In this document: positions 39,376-47,990 of the stretch, in pieces
How the letters are laid out: the number at the start of each line of letters is the position of its first letter
Position numbering within the stretch: the stretch's first letter is position 1
Translations under genes and position numbers: made by a program
Notes under the pieces: generated by a model
Seen by the model: only the letters and a program-made list of their open reading frames with translations
Databases searched by the model: none
What the model was told of the DNA's origin: nothing
From: Candidatus Babeliales bacterium
GTDB taxonomy: Bacteria > Babelota > Babeliae > Babelales > Vermiphilaceae
DNA length: 51,602 nucleotides
Assembly: GCA_044451405.1 (NCBI GenBank)
Contig: JBIOKB010000001.1
Location: 1 to 51,602 of the forward strand
Direction: 5' to 3'

Positions 39376-39570
39376 CTACAGGCTATATGTTTTGAATATA
39401 TATTGCGCTAATTGAGACAACCCAAAGTCCAATACACCTAAATAAATTGCAAAGATCGTTACTAAAACTAACACAATAATTGTTGACCCTATCAGTTCAT
39501 CGAACTTGGGCCATACAACTTTGCTTAATTCACCTTTGACTTCATGTAAAAACTGTACTGCACTCTTCAT
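39376..39570 (-). CDS. secE: Preprotein translocase subunit SecE (short, single TM)
   Basis: Start set at ATG 39570 (MKSAVQFLHEVKGELSKVVWPKFDELIGSTIIVLVLV...). The ORF track's extra 30 N-terminal codons run into tRNA-Trp and are rejected. Confidence 0.8.
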   Translation of the reverse strand: MKSAVQFLHEVKGELSKVVWPKFDELIGSTIIVLVLVTIFAIYLGVLDFGLSQLAQYIFKTYSL

Positions 39571-39599
39571 TAATCCCTCAGCGCGATTTATGGGGTGAT

Positions 39600-39676
39600 T
39601 GGCAGGCCAGGAGGGACTCGAACCCCCAACCCGCAGATTTGGAGTCTGCCGCTCTACCAATTCGAGCTACTGGCCT
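39600..39676 (-). tRNA. tRNA-Trp (anticodon CCA), CCA end encoded
   Basis: Manual cloverleaf: AGGCCAG TA GCTC GAATTGGTA GAGC G GCAGA CTCCAAA TCTGC GGGTT GGGGG TTCGAGT CCCTC CTGGCCT G CCA (77 nt). Confidence 0.9.
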
Positions 39677-39683
39677 TTTAAGC

Positions 39684-39842
39684 TTACTTTGTTTCTTTAT
39701 GTTCATTATGACCGCGACACCGTGAGCAAAACTTTTTCAGCTTTAAGGACCCTGTAGTTCGCTTCTTACCTACTACCTGTGTATAATTGCGTTCCTTACA
39801 CTGTCCGCATTCAAGGTGTGTAACAACTCTATTTTTTGCCAT
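39684..39842 (-). CDS. rpmG: 50S ribosomal protein L33 (zinc-binding type), not in the ORF track
   Basis: Own translation: MAKNRVVTHLECGQCKERNYTQVVGKKRTTGSLKLKKFCSRCRGHNEHKETK* (52 aa). CxxC...CxxC and a KETK end as in Bacillus-type L33. Canonical position upstream of tRNA-Trp/secE. Confidence 0.85.
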   Translation of the reverse strand: MAKNRVVTHLECGQCKERNYTQVVGKKRTTGSLKLKKFCSRCRGHNEHKETK

Positions 39843-39895
39843 ATGTTCTTAACCTAACGCTAAAATGCTGATCTCAACTTGTCGGGATGCATTCC

Positions 39896-39971
39896 TGGAG
39901 CCCGCGACCGGGATTGAACCGGTGACCTCTCCCTTACCAAGGAAGTGCTCTGCCAACTGAGCTACGTGGGC
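39896..39971 (-). tRNA. tRNA-Thr (anticodon GGT), CCA encoded
   Basis: Manual cloverleaf: GCCCACG TA GCTC AGTTGGCA GAGC A CTTCC TTGGTAA GGGAG AGGTC ACCGG TTCAATC CCGGT CGCGGGC T CCA (76 nt). One A-C mismatch in the acceptor stem. Confidence 0.85.
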
Positions 39972-40059
39972 AACTCGCCTATCTTTAAATTTAATATCTA
40001 CAGAATAAAAGAAAAACAGAAAAAAACAACTTAAATTTTAGCTCCACGACCCCATTTTA

Positions 40060-40135
40060 TGGAGCTGGTGGCAGGATTTGAACCCGCGACCTGCTGATTA
40101 CAAATCAGCTGCTCTGCCAACTGAGCTACACCAGC
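40060..40135 (-). tRNA. tRNA-Thr (anticodon TGT), CCA encoded
   Basis: Manual cloverleaf: GCTGGTG TA GCTC AGTTGGCA GAGC A GCTGA TTTGTAA TCAGC AGGTC GCGGG TTCAAAT CCTGC CACCAGC T CCA (76 nt). Confidence 0.9.
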
Positions 40136-40154
40136 GTATCTTTAGGTATGTTTT

Positions 40155-40231
40155 TGGAGCGGGAAACGGGTCTCGAACCCGCAACCTACAGCTTGGAAGG
40201 CTGTCGCTCTAGCCAATTGAGCTATTCCCGC
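40155..40231 (-). tRNA. tRNA-Gly (anticodon TCC), CCA encoded
   Basis: Manual cloverleaf: GCGGGAA TA GCTC AATTGGCTA GAGC G ACAGC CTTCCAA GCTGT AGGTT GCGGG TTCGAGA CCCGT TTCCCGC T CCA (77 nt). Confidence 0.9.
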
Positions 40232-40243
40232 ACACTCTCGTCA

Positions 40244-40328
<85 letters not shown>

Positions 40329-40465
40329 TATGTCAAACCTTGTTGCTTTAATCACAACCTTCGTGGCAAACAGAATAGAGATTTTCTTAACTATTTCAAC
40401 TTTTATTGCGGGAATTTTTACAGATGTTACTTATGAGAGGCGCCTGAGAGATATACCACCAAGTA

Positions 40466-40894
40466 TTAATCAAGCTGAACGAGCATCGTACGCGCATCAG
40501 AACCGTCATAATCAATGGTTACCCGACACACATGCGCCCCTAATAATGGCTCAATAATTGCCGGCCATTCAATAAAACAGCGGCTATTTGACTGATATAA
40601 GTATTCATCAAATCCAGCATGTGCAAAATCATCAAGCGATTGAATACGATACAAATCAAAATGATACAAGATTTGCCCTTGATCATTCGTATATACATTG
40701 ACATAGGTAAATGTTGGACTGGTAATAAGACCTTTAATACCGCATCTACGCAATAACTCACGAATAATAGTCGTTTTTCCTGCCCCTAATGGTCCAGTAA
40801 ATGTCATAATATGGCAGGAAGCCATATATGCATAGAGCATATCAACAGCAGTATCAATCTGATCCAGCGTATACGTTATTTTTTGTTCTATCAT
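40466..40894 (-). CDS. tsaE: tRNA threonylcarbamoyladenosine biosynthesis ATPase TsaE
   Basis: 142 aa: Walker A GPLGAGKTTIIRELLR, SPTFTYVNVY, HFDLYR, IEW. Confidence 0.85.
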   Translation of the reverse strand: MIEQKITYTLDQIDTAVDMLYAYMASCHIMTFTGPLGAGKTTIIRELLRRCGIKGLITSPTFTYVNVYTNDQGQILYHFDLYRIQSLDDFAHAGFDEYLYQSNSRCFIEWPAIIEPLLGAHVCRVTIDYDGSDARTMLVQLD

Positions 40895-40908
40895 GGTTCA
40901 TCATACCG

Positions 40909-41493
40909 TTATAGTTTTTTGATTTTCTTTATTATATGCCGTTCCTGTTTTGTAGGATGATAGCCACGTGAAGTACGCGTATGCTTATTATGATCCCCCT
41001 CTTCTTTATGTTCGATCGCTGTTTCCTCCATTAATGCATCAAGTTCAGCTACGGTTGTTTGCGTTGTCTTGACTATCTGACGTGCTACAGCATTCAATAA
41101 AGATTCTTTTTGATGCTTCATATGCACCAATCTATAAAAATCTACTGCTTCAAGTGAGGGTATGTTTCTTTCCGCTGCCCATGCACATATTTGTCTATCT
41201 GATGATACAACCATAAGATCAAGTGTTCTATGCCGTTGTAGATAGTTGTGTATATATTCGTCAGCAGTTTCTTGAGTTCCTGAATATACAACAGAAACAC
41301 CATGAACTCTATCCTGATTGGGACGCTGATGCGGTCCACCATCAAAAACCACAATCATCGTATGCCCTTTGGTCTTACCATACAATCCTACCTGCTTAAT
41401 AAAACGCAACCGTTCTATTTCTGAAATATGATCTGTATGCAATGCTTGCTTTAACACATTATATGCATCAATAATAAGTATCATGCCACCCAC
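40909..41493 (-). CDS. YacP/Rae1-like NYN-domain ribonuclease
   Basis: ILIIDAYNVL, MIVVFDGG, VVYSGTQETADEYI and VVSSDRQICAW align by eye with Bacillus YacP motifs. As in Bacillus, it lies upstream of rpmG-secE-nusG. Basic C-terminal tail. Confidence 0.7.
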   Translation of the reverse strand: MGGMILIIDAYNVLKQALHTDHISEIERLRFIKQVGLYGKTKGHTMIVVFDGGPHQRPNQDRVHGVSVVYSGTQETADEYIHNYLQRHRTLDLMVVSSDRQICAWAAERNIPSLEAVDFYRLVHMKHQKESLLNAVARQIVKTTQTTVAELDALMEETAIEHKEEGDHNKHTRTSRGYHPTKQERHIIKKIKKL

Positions 41494-41630
41494 CCTACAT
41501 CATTCATGGTTCTTCTTTACTGTACCCATAATCATGCAAGAAAAACGAGATTTTTAAAAAGAATCATAGTACTTGCATATAAACATGCTATAGTAACATC
41601 AGTATCCAGTTTATTTAAAAAGGGATTTTT

Positions 41631-41882
41631 ATGATCACAAAACATATGATGATTGTTATGATTCTCACAACCCCGTTTATCGTAGGCGCGGATAAAAAAC
41701 CTGGTAATGAACAACACACGGTCACTCTGCATGGACTCAAGCAACCACAATCTAAGAAACCTGTTGTTATACATGATCAGCCCATACATACTGAATACGA
41801 AAAAGGTTTACATCTTATAGTACAAAGAGTTAAAGAATTCTCAGCTCAAACTCAAGCACAACCAAGCGGTTATTGCGATTAA
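41631..41882 (+). CDS. Small protein with N-terminal hydrophobic segment, unknown function (83 aa)
   Basis: AAAGGGA upstream of the ATG. Begins MITKHMMIVMILTTPFIVGA, rest hydrophilic. Lies 29 nt upstream of atpG on the same strand. No family recognised. Confidence 0.35.
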   Translation: MITKHMMIVMILTTPFIVGADKKPGNEQHTVTLHGLKQPQSKKPVVIHDQPIHTEYEKGLHLIVQRVKEFSAQTQAQPSGYCD

Positions 41883-41910
41883 AAATCTGCGTATTTAGTA
41901 GGTAGTTCCC

Positions 41911-42753
41911 ATGTCGCAACTTATCCAGATGCGCCAACGCATAAAAGCTATTCAAACCATCAAGAAGATTACCCATGCTATGCGTCTTATTTCTATGTCG
42001 TTACATGCGCGACTCAAGCTTAAGCAAGGCCCGCTATCTACGTACAAAAACACCGTAACAAGCATTTTTCACGATATTAAAAAGCAATCCCCTCAGTGGA
42101 ATAACCACATTTTATATCCTGCACAAACCACGTTTCCTAAAACGCTTCTTATCATTGTTGGTGCAAATAAAGGATTGTGCGGCAATTTTAACTCAGCACT
42201 ATTTAAGCTCGTGCAAACCCATAAAACAGAATTTACTAACCTTCATTACATTGCTATTGGGAAAAAGGCGATTGATTTTGCACGGCAAATACAGCTTGGT
42301 ACTGAAGTTGCGGTGTATCCTACCTGTACCATGAACACTCTTTCAACGCTGGTGCATGGTATTAATAAAGAAATTTTTACCACAGCACATCATTACACAT
42401 CAGTTGTTGTTGCAAGTAATATGCTCAAAAACTTTTTTATACAAAAACCACGACTCACGCACCTTATACCATTTAACCAAGATAGCGCAGCAACAACTAA
42501 CGAATTATCTGAATATGTATGGGAACAAGATCCATCAGAAATTTTACATGCACTTGCCGGTCAATGTATTAACGCAACCGTACAGTATCTTATTTTTGAA
42601 TCTTTGCTTGCAGAGCAGGCAGCACGATTCTTATCAATGGATAATTCTACGCGTAATGCAAAAAATTTGCTTGACGAGACTAAGTTGCTCTATAACAAAG
42701 TGCGTCAAGCAAAAATTACCAAAGAAATTACTGAATTAAGTAGTAGTTTTTAA
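41911..42753 (+). CDS. atpG: F-type ATP synthase gamma subunit
   Basis: N-terminal helix (MRQRIKAIQTIKKITHAMRLISMS), GLCGNFNS, and C-terminal helix (AEQAARFLSMDNSTRNAKNLLDETKLLYNKVRQAKITKEITEL) align clearly with E. coli AtpG. Confidence 0.9.
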   Translation: MSQLIQMRQRIKAIQTIKKITHAMRLISMSLHARLKLKQGPLSTYKNTVTSIFHDIKKQSPQWNNHILYPAQTTFPKTLLIIVGANKGLCGNFNSALFKLVQTHKTEFTNLHYIAIGKKAIDFARQIQLGTEVAVYPTCTMNTLSTLVHGINKEIFTTAHHYTSVVVASNMLKNFFIQKPRLTHLIPFNQDSAATTNELSEYVWEQDPSEILHALAGQCINATVQYLIFESLLAEQAARFLSMDNSTRNAKNLLDETKLLYNKVRQAKITKEITELSSSF

Positions 42754-44078
42754 ACTCGTGTTTGATCCCATGATATCTCAGATGTAGGGCGAGCAATTTC
42801 CCATTCGGCAGCTGTTTTTAATGCTATGCGAGCACCTAACAACGCCAGTTTCTTTTCCAACGCTTCATACCCACGAGTCCAATGATGAATGCCACTCATA
42901 ATAGTAGTGCCATGGGCTGCTAATCCTGCGACTACCAGTGCACATGATGCGCGAATATCAGTTGCAATAACTTGTGTGCCGTATAATTTTTCAACACCCG
43001 TTACCACTGCTGTATTATGTTCAACGCTAATTTGTGCGCCCATTTTTTGTAATTCACGTGTATGTACTAATCGATTTTCAAATACGGTTTCTTCAATAAC
43101 ACTGGTACCTTCTGCTAAACATTGCAAGGCCATCATAGGAGCTTGCAAATCAGTAGGAAATCCTGGGTATGGTGCTGTTTTAAATGATACTGCTTTAGGA
43201 TTCTTTGTTGCCTTTAAGGTAATTCCCGTCTCATTAGGACCAACTTCAATAGAATGGCCCATTTCTTGCAACTTCATAAGAAAGATATCAAGCACATGTG
43301 CAGGAGCTTGTGGTAATGCTATTTCACCACCCGTAATTGCCGTTGCTAATAATAATGAACCAACTTCTAATCGATCAAAAATAATATGATGCTCAATGGG
43401 ATGCAACGTAGTTACTCCATGAATTTCAATAGTAGCAGTTGGTAAAATATCAATACGTGCTCCCATTTTTTTAAGTACATCAATTAAATCAAGTACTTCA
43501 GGTTCTAGTGCCGCATTAATGATGCGCGTAACGCCGGGAGTGAGCACTGCAGCCATCATAATATTTTCTGTAGCACCAACACTTGGATATTCCAAGATAC
43601 ATTTACCCGCATGTATGCGTGCTGCACTTGCCGTTAAAAACTCACCATGAATTTCAATATCCACACCCATTTTTATAAAATTATCGATGTGATAATTAAT
43701 AGGACGTGCACCAAGCACACAGCCACCAGGCAATGCAATTTCTGCTTTACCAAAACGAGCTAACAATGGTCCCATGACCAAAATTGATGCCCGCATTTTT
43801 TTCATAATATCTGGTTTTACTTTGTAACTATTTAAATTTGTGGTATCAACTTCTAACAGATGCAATTGCTCATCAAAAAAAACATCGGCTCCTAATTCTT
43901 TTAATAATTTGATCATGTGCAGTACATCATCGGAGCGCGGCACATTCATTAAGCGTGATACGCCACGCGTTAAAATTAGGGAGGCCATAATAACAAGCAC
44001 CGCATTTTTTGCGCCCGTTAATGATACGCTTCCGTGCAATGTGGATGATTGTTCAATAATGAGATAGGTGTCTACCAT
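42750..44078 (-). CDS. murA: UDP-N-acetylglucosamine 1-carboxyvinyltransferase
   Basis: 442 aa: SLTGAKNAVLVIMASLIL, active-site Cys loop LPGGCVLGARPINYH, FPTDLQAPMMAL, and the C-terminal HHWTRGYEALEKKLALLGA. Confidence 0.95.
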   Translation of the reverse strand: MVDTYLIIEQSSTLHGSVSLTGAKNAVLVIMASLILTRGVSRLMNVPRSDDVLHMIKLLKELGADVFFDEQLHLLEVDTTNLNSYKVKPDIMKKMRASILVMGPLLARFGKAEIALPGGCVLGARPINYHIDNFIKMGVDIEIHGEFLTASAARIHAGKCILEYPSVGATENIMMAAVLTPGVTRIINAALEPEVLDLIDVLKKMGARIDILPTATIEIHGVTTLHPIEHHIIFDRLEVGSLLLATAITGGEIALPQAPAHVLDIFLMKLQEMGHSIEVGPNETGITLKATKNPKAVSFKTAPYPGFPTDLQAPMMALQCLAEGTSVIEETVFENRLVHTRELQKMGAQISVEHNTAVVTGVEKLYGTQVIATDIRASCALVVAGLAAHGTTIMSGIHHWTRGYEALEKKLALLGARIALKTAAEWEIARPTSEISWDQTRV

Positions 44079-44184
44079 GGATTAACCAATACTCTTTGTA
44101 TTATCTTGTTTAAAAAAATTTAAGAACTGGGAGAAATAGTACCACAAAGTTATAGAATTCCGCTATCTTTTTTAAGGAGATTCC

Positions 44185-45858
44185 ATGATTCATATCAGCA
44201 CACTCATACTATCTCTATTCTTTTTTTCTCATCATGAAATCCACGCATCAGAGCAGCGTAAGCACGCAACCGTGCGCATTGGTTCAGAATTATCTACACA
44301 CGAACAAGAATGGATTGCTACACGAAAATGCTCTGTTAAAAATACACTTGAGCAATTACTTGCTCTAAAGCTTGCTGATGATGAAGTACCAACTATTGCA
44401 TTGTGCCTGAGTGGTGGCGGATATCGCGCCATGATTGCAACACTGGGCCTTTTACAAGGCGCATGCACACCGCCAAAAACACGCTCAGCTATCACAAACG
44501 TGGCACATATTATTGCTGCTTGGTTTTACCACACACCAGCACCATTGCCGTTGCATCTTCCTATCCACACAACGTGTGAGCAAGCCGGTGAACCAACAAC
44601 AGCGCCAACTATTTTTGACACCGTATCCTATTGTACAAGCTTATCAGGATCAACATGGACTCTATCTTCATGGTTGTATTCACACATGAGTTTAGATGCG
44701 TATTGTGCGCGCCTTGCTACAAATATTGAGAAAAGTCTTTTGGAGAATATTGATTTTACTGCGCTTAGCAACACTCTTGCGCACAAACATGCGTACCATC
44801 AGCCGTTATCACTCGTTGATACGTATGGTTCTTTACTTGCGCAAAAATTATTGTATGGATTTGGAACCAACCCTTATGACACTGTATTAACCAAGCAACA
44901 GGAATATGCAGGCTCCATGCCTTTTTTAATATACAGTACCGTAATTGGTGAAAGCGCACCGCAGTATCAATGGGCTGAATGTACACCCTATGAAATTGGC
45001 AGTACCTATTTAAATGCATGGATTCCTACATGGGCATTTAATCGAACATTCACTAACGGCATTTCAACAAATAATGCGCCAGAACAACCACTTTCATTTT
45101 TACTTGGCGTGTGGGGATCAGCAATGTGCATGACGGCGCAAGAATTTGTTGAGCTTATAAAGCCTCACGTACAGCAGGAAATTATTAATCTTGAACATGA
45201 TGAGCAAGCGTTTGTACATGGTCTTGAATCCACCATTACATCATTAGTACATATTCCTACTACTATTCCACCACACACAAAAAATATATTTACCACGCAG
45301 CGGTTATCACCCGCACGTGTATATAATTGGACGTTTAAATCTCCTGACCTCCCCCTACACACGCATGAAACGATCACGTTAGTTGATGCAGGCATTGATT
45401 TTAGAATACCAACACCACCATTATTACAAAAAGAACGGCACGTAGATATCATTATCGTTATGGATGCATCTGATAGACCATTAAGCACCGAATTGCATTT
45501 AGCGCAAGCGTATGCACAACAATACCAACTGCCATTTCCTGCTATCAATTATCAGATAGCATCACACCCATTTTCAGTGCATGGTGTTGGCAACACTCAT
45601 GGTGCGCCTATTATCATCTATATGCCACTTGTGCAAAATCCTAAGTATCATAACGGATGGGATCCGCGTGCTGCAGCATTTACCAGTACTTATAATTTTA
45701 AGTACACAAAAGAACAAACCTATCTGCTTGCGGGATTAACCAAATACACCATGATCGAACATCACCAGGATATTCTTGGTGTCATTAAAGAATGGATTAC
45801 TAAGAAACGTTACTCGTCAAACCCATATAAGTGCGTAACTTCATCAGAAGTTAAATAG
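44185..45858 (+). CDS. Secreted phospholipase of the cPLA2 / PLA2_B (lysophospholipase catalytic domain) type
   Basis: AAGGAG Shine-Dalgarno and signal peptide MIHISTLILSLFFFSHHEIHA. The cPLA2-family triad of motifs is present in order: oxyanion/Arg CLSGGGYRAM, nucleophile elbow SLSGSTW, and Asp motif TLVDAGIDFRIPTPPLLQKERHVDIIIVMDAS. Confidence 0.8.
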   Translation: MIHISTLILSLFFFSHHEIHASEQRKHATVRIGSELSTHEQEWIATRKCSVKNTLEQLLALKLADDEVPTIALCLSGGGYRAMIATLGLLQGACTPPKTRSAITNVAHIIAAWFYHTPAPLPLHLPIHTTCEQAGEPTTAPTIFDTVSYCTSLSGSTWTLSSWLYSHMSLDAYCARLATNIEKSLLENIDFTALSNTLAHKHAYHQPLSLVDTYGSLLAQKLLYGFGTNPYDTVLTKQQEYAGSMPFLIYSTVIGESAPQYQWAECTPYEIGSTYLNAWIPTWAFNRTFTNGISTNNAPEQPLSFLLGVWGSAMCMTAQEFVELIKPHVQQEIINLEHDEQAFVHGLESTITSLVHIPTTIPPHTKNIFTTQRLSPARVYNWTFKSPDLPLHTHETITLVDAGIDFRIPTPPLLQKERHVDIIIVMDASDRPLSTELHLAQAYAQQYQLPFPAINYQIASHPFSVHGVGNTHGAPIIIYMPLVQNPKYHNGWDPRAAAFTSTYNFKYTKEQTYLLAGLTKYTMIEHHQDILGVIKEWITKKRYSSNPYKCVTSSEVK

Positions 45859-46517
45859 CGCCAGGAACCAACACGTAAGCCTTTTTTGGTCAGGCCTGCG
45901 TAATTAACTCGATCAAGGGTTATAACGTTGTATTCAAAATGTTCAAAGATGCGGCGAATAATTCTATTTTTGCCGCTGTGAATAGAGATTCTGACATGAC
46001 GTTTATCTTTATCAGGAATATAACTAATAGCATCTACTTTAACTTTACCATCAAGTAACCGCACGCCACGGGAAATTGTGTGCATATCATCATGGGTAAG
46101 TTCTTTATCAAGCACAGCATAATATATTTTTTCTACTTCATAGCGAGGATGGGCAAGGCGTTCCATGAATTCACCATCATTGGTCATCACCAATAACCCG
46201 GTTGTTGCCCGATCAAGACGGCCTACTGGATAGATACGCACTTTTGGCGCATTCTTAATAAGATCAATTACTGTTTTTCTGCCCCGCTCATCTGCCACCG
46301 TTGTGATATAGCCATTCGGTTTATTCAACAGGACATATACCTTTGATTCCTGCCGAATCACTTTACCACTGACTTTAACCACATCATCAGGCGTAACATC
46401 ATATGCAGGATCTTTAACCGTAACACCCTTTACCGTCACCAGACCTTCTTTAATGAGATCGACAGCCTTGCGGCGTGAACAGATCCCTGCATGGGCGATG
46501 TATTTATTAAGAACCAT
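45810..46517 (-). CDS. rluB: Pseudouridine synthase, RsuA/RluB family
   Basis: S4 domain (LNKYIAHAGICSRRKAVDLIKEGLVTVKG) and catalytic motif GRLDRATTGLLVMTNDG. Its 3' end overlaps the convergent cPLA2-like gene by 49 nt. Confidence 0.85.
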   Translation of the reverse strand: MVLNKYIAHAGICSRRKAVDLIKEGLVTVKGVTVKDPAYDVTPDDVVKVSGKVIRQESKVYVLLNKPNGYITTVADERGRKTVIDLIKNAPKVRIYPVGRLDRATTGLLVMTNDGEFMERLAHPRYEVEKIYYAVLDKELTHDDMHTISRGVRLLDGKVKVDAISYIPDKDKRHVRISIHSGKNRIIRRIFEHFEYNVITLDRVNYAGLTKKGLRVGSWRYLTSDEVTHLYGFDE

Positions 46518-46526
46518 TAAAATTCC

Positions 46527-47891
46527 TTATAGTATGTAACCTGCAATGCGCTCAGTAATATTAGATGCTTGGCTCCTAAAATCCTGCACTAGTGTTAATT
46601 CAGGAGCAGCTTCTGCTATACGCTCTGCACATTGCTTTCTATGTTCTTCACAAACTTGTAATATTTCTGGCTTATCTTTTGCATGCTTCTGAAATTTTTC
46701 ATCAGTATCTGCCCCATGCTTAAGATACAAAGCAACAAGATCGGGGAGATCATGGTTAATAGCTTTAGCTATTAGCGTACCTCCATTATCAGTATTTACA
46801 TCACTTTTATGAACGAGAAGTAATTCTACGCATCCCAAAACATCAGCATGTTCTCGACTTTTTATACTAAACCTTTCTTTTGTGTATTTAAGAAGAGAGC
46901 CAACCGTATCTAACGGCTTAAAATTTATCCCCTCAACTAGGAGTCGTCTGCTACAATTAGGATCAGCTTTAGCTCGTAACAATAATGCAACGAGTGGAGC
47001 AGTTCTAGAATCTTTTCTACCCCAATGATCAAAAGCTTTGTATAGTACCACTTTTTTCTGCCCATAAAAATCAAATGCTACATTCGGATCCGCATTCTTT
47101 TTCAGAAGAACCTCTACTTCTCTTACCGCTCCCATTTCAACTACTCTATAGAGCGCGCGATCATGAGGAGTCACCTGTAATTTATCACCGCAGAGATGAA
47201 CAATTGCCATCGGAAACATAGGACAAGCTTCAGCTATTTTTACTTTAACTTTTTGAACATGCTTATCAAGAATTCTTTGCAATTCAGGATTTTTTTCTGC
47301 ATGATCATGAATAGTTTTACCATCACGATCACCTAAAGTATCATCTGCGCCATATTCTAAAAATAATTCGAGCGCTCGATAGAGAGGAGTAACGTCAACA
47401 TCAGAAGAAGAATGATATGTATTAATGTACGATACGCATTGATCAAATGCTCTATTCGTATTAAAACAATAGTTATCGGGATTGGCACCTGAAGCAAGTA
47501 AAAGACGAATTATATCTAGATATGAGCGTCCTTTATCGTTATCTTTTTTTAGGATACATCCGCGCATAGCATAAATAGCTCTCGTTAAACAATCATAATT
47601 CATATTAGGGCTTTTGCAATAATTCGGATTTGCTTTTTGTGAAAGTAAGACACTAACTTCATCAGCATAACCTAATTCAACTGCTTGTATTAACTGTTCA
47701 TCCAACTTTTTCTGAGCCTTAATCGCTTCATATTCATCAGAATTTAATGGAGCCAATACAGAATGTGATTGTAGAAATACCACTAATCTTTTATCCAATT
47801 CTTCACGTGCCGCTTGCTCTTTAAGCTCAGCACCCTGAACGACCGTACCCGCTAGCACAGCCATAAAAATAAGAATTTTCCCTAATTTCAT
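46527..47891 (-). CDS. Signal-peptide-bearing ankyrin-repeat protein
   Basis: Signal peptide MKLGKILIFMAVLAGTVVQGA. About seven degenerate ANK repeats are recognisable from their repeat ends (VLLSQKANPN, LLLASGANPD, FLEYGADD, VLLKKNADPN, LLLRAKADPN, LLLVHKSDVN, LYLKHGADTD). Confidence 0.8.
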   Translation of the reverse strand: MKLGKILIFMAVLAGTVVQGAELKEQAAREELDKRLVVFLQSHSVLAPLNSDEYEAIKAQKKLDEQLIQAVELGYADEVSVLLSQKANPNYCKSPNMNYDCLTRAIYAMRGCILKKDNDKGRSYLDIIRLLLASGANPDNYCFNTNRAFDQCVSYINTYHSSSDVDVTPLYRALELFLEYGADDTLGDRDGKTIHDHAEKNPELQRILDKHVQKVKVKIAEACPMFPMAIVHLCGDKLQVTPHDRALYRVVEMGAVREVEVLLKKNADPNVAFDFYGQKKVVLYKAFDHWGRKDSRTAPLVALLLRAKADPNCSRRLLVEGINFKPLDTVGSLLKYTKERFSIKSREHADVLGCVELLLVHKSDVNTDNGGTLIAKAINHDLPDLVALYLKHGADTDEKFQKHAKDKPEILQVCEEHRKQCAERIAEAAPELTLVQDFRSQASNITERIAGYIL

Positions 47892-47925
47892 ACATTCCCC
47901 CTAAAAATTATAATTATATAACTTT

Positions 47926-47953
47926 AGGATACAGACTATATTCAGATAGTCAA
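47926..47953 (-). promoter_or_regulatory. Candidate sigma70-type promoter for the ankyrin gene
   Basis: On the minus strand: TTGACT (47953-47948), 16-nt spacer, TATCCT (47931-47926). About 35 nt upstream of the ATG, with an AGGGGGA Shine-Dalgarno. Weak -10 box and no experimental support. Confidence 0.2.
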
Positions 47954-47990
47954 TTGGCATAAGATGAGGCTTATTGGATCAGGATTTTAA

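Noticed and set aside
39571-39660. 30-codon N-terminal extension of the secE ORF in the ORF track
   Set aside because: The extension is the complement of tRNA-Trp (39600-39676). The conserved SecE sequence starts at the internal ATG at 39570.
41532-41789. 85-aa minus-strand ORF
   Set aside because: It overlaps the plus-strand small ORF and the promoter region upstream of atpG. It has no Shine-Dalgarno and odd composition, so it is judged less likely than the plus-strand ORF, which is itself only low confidence.
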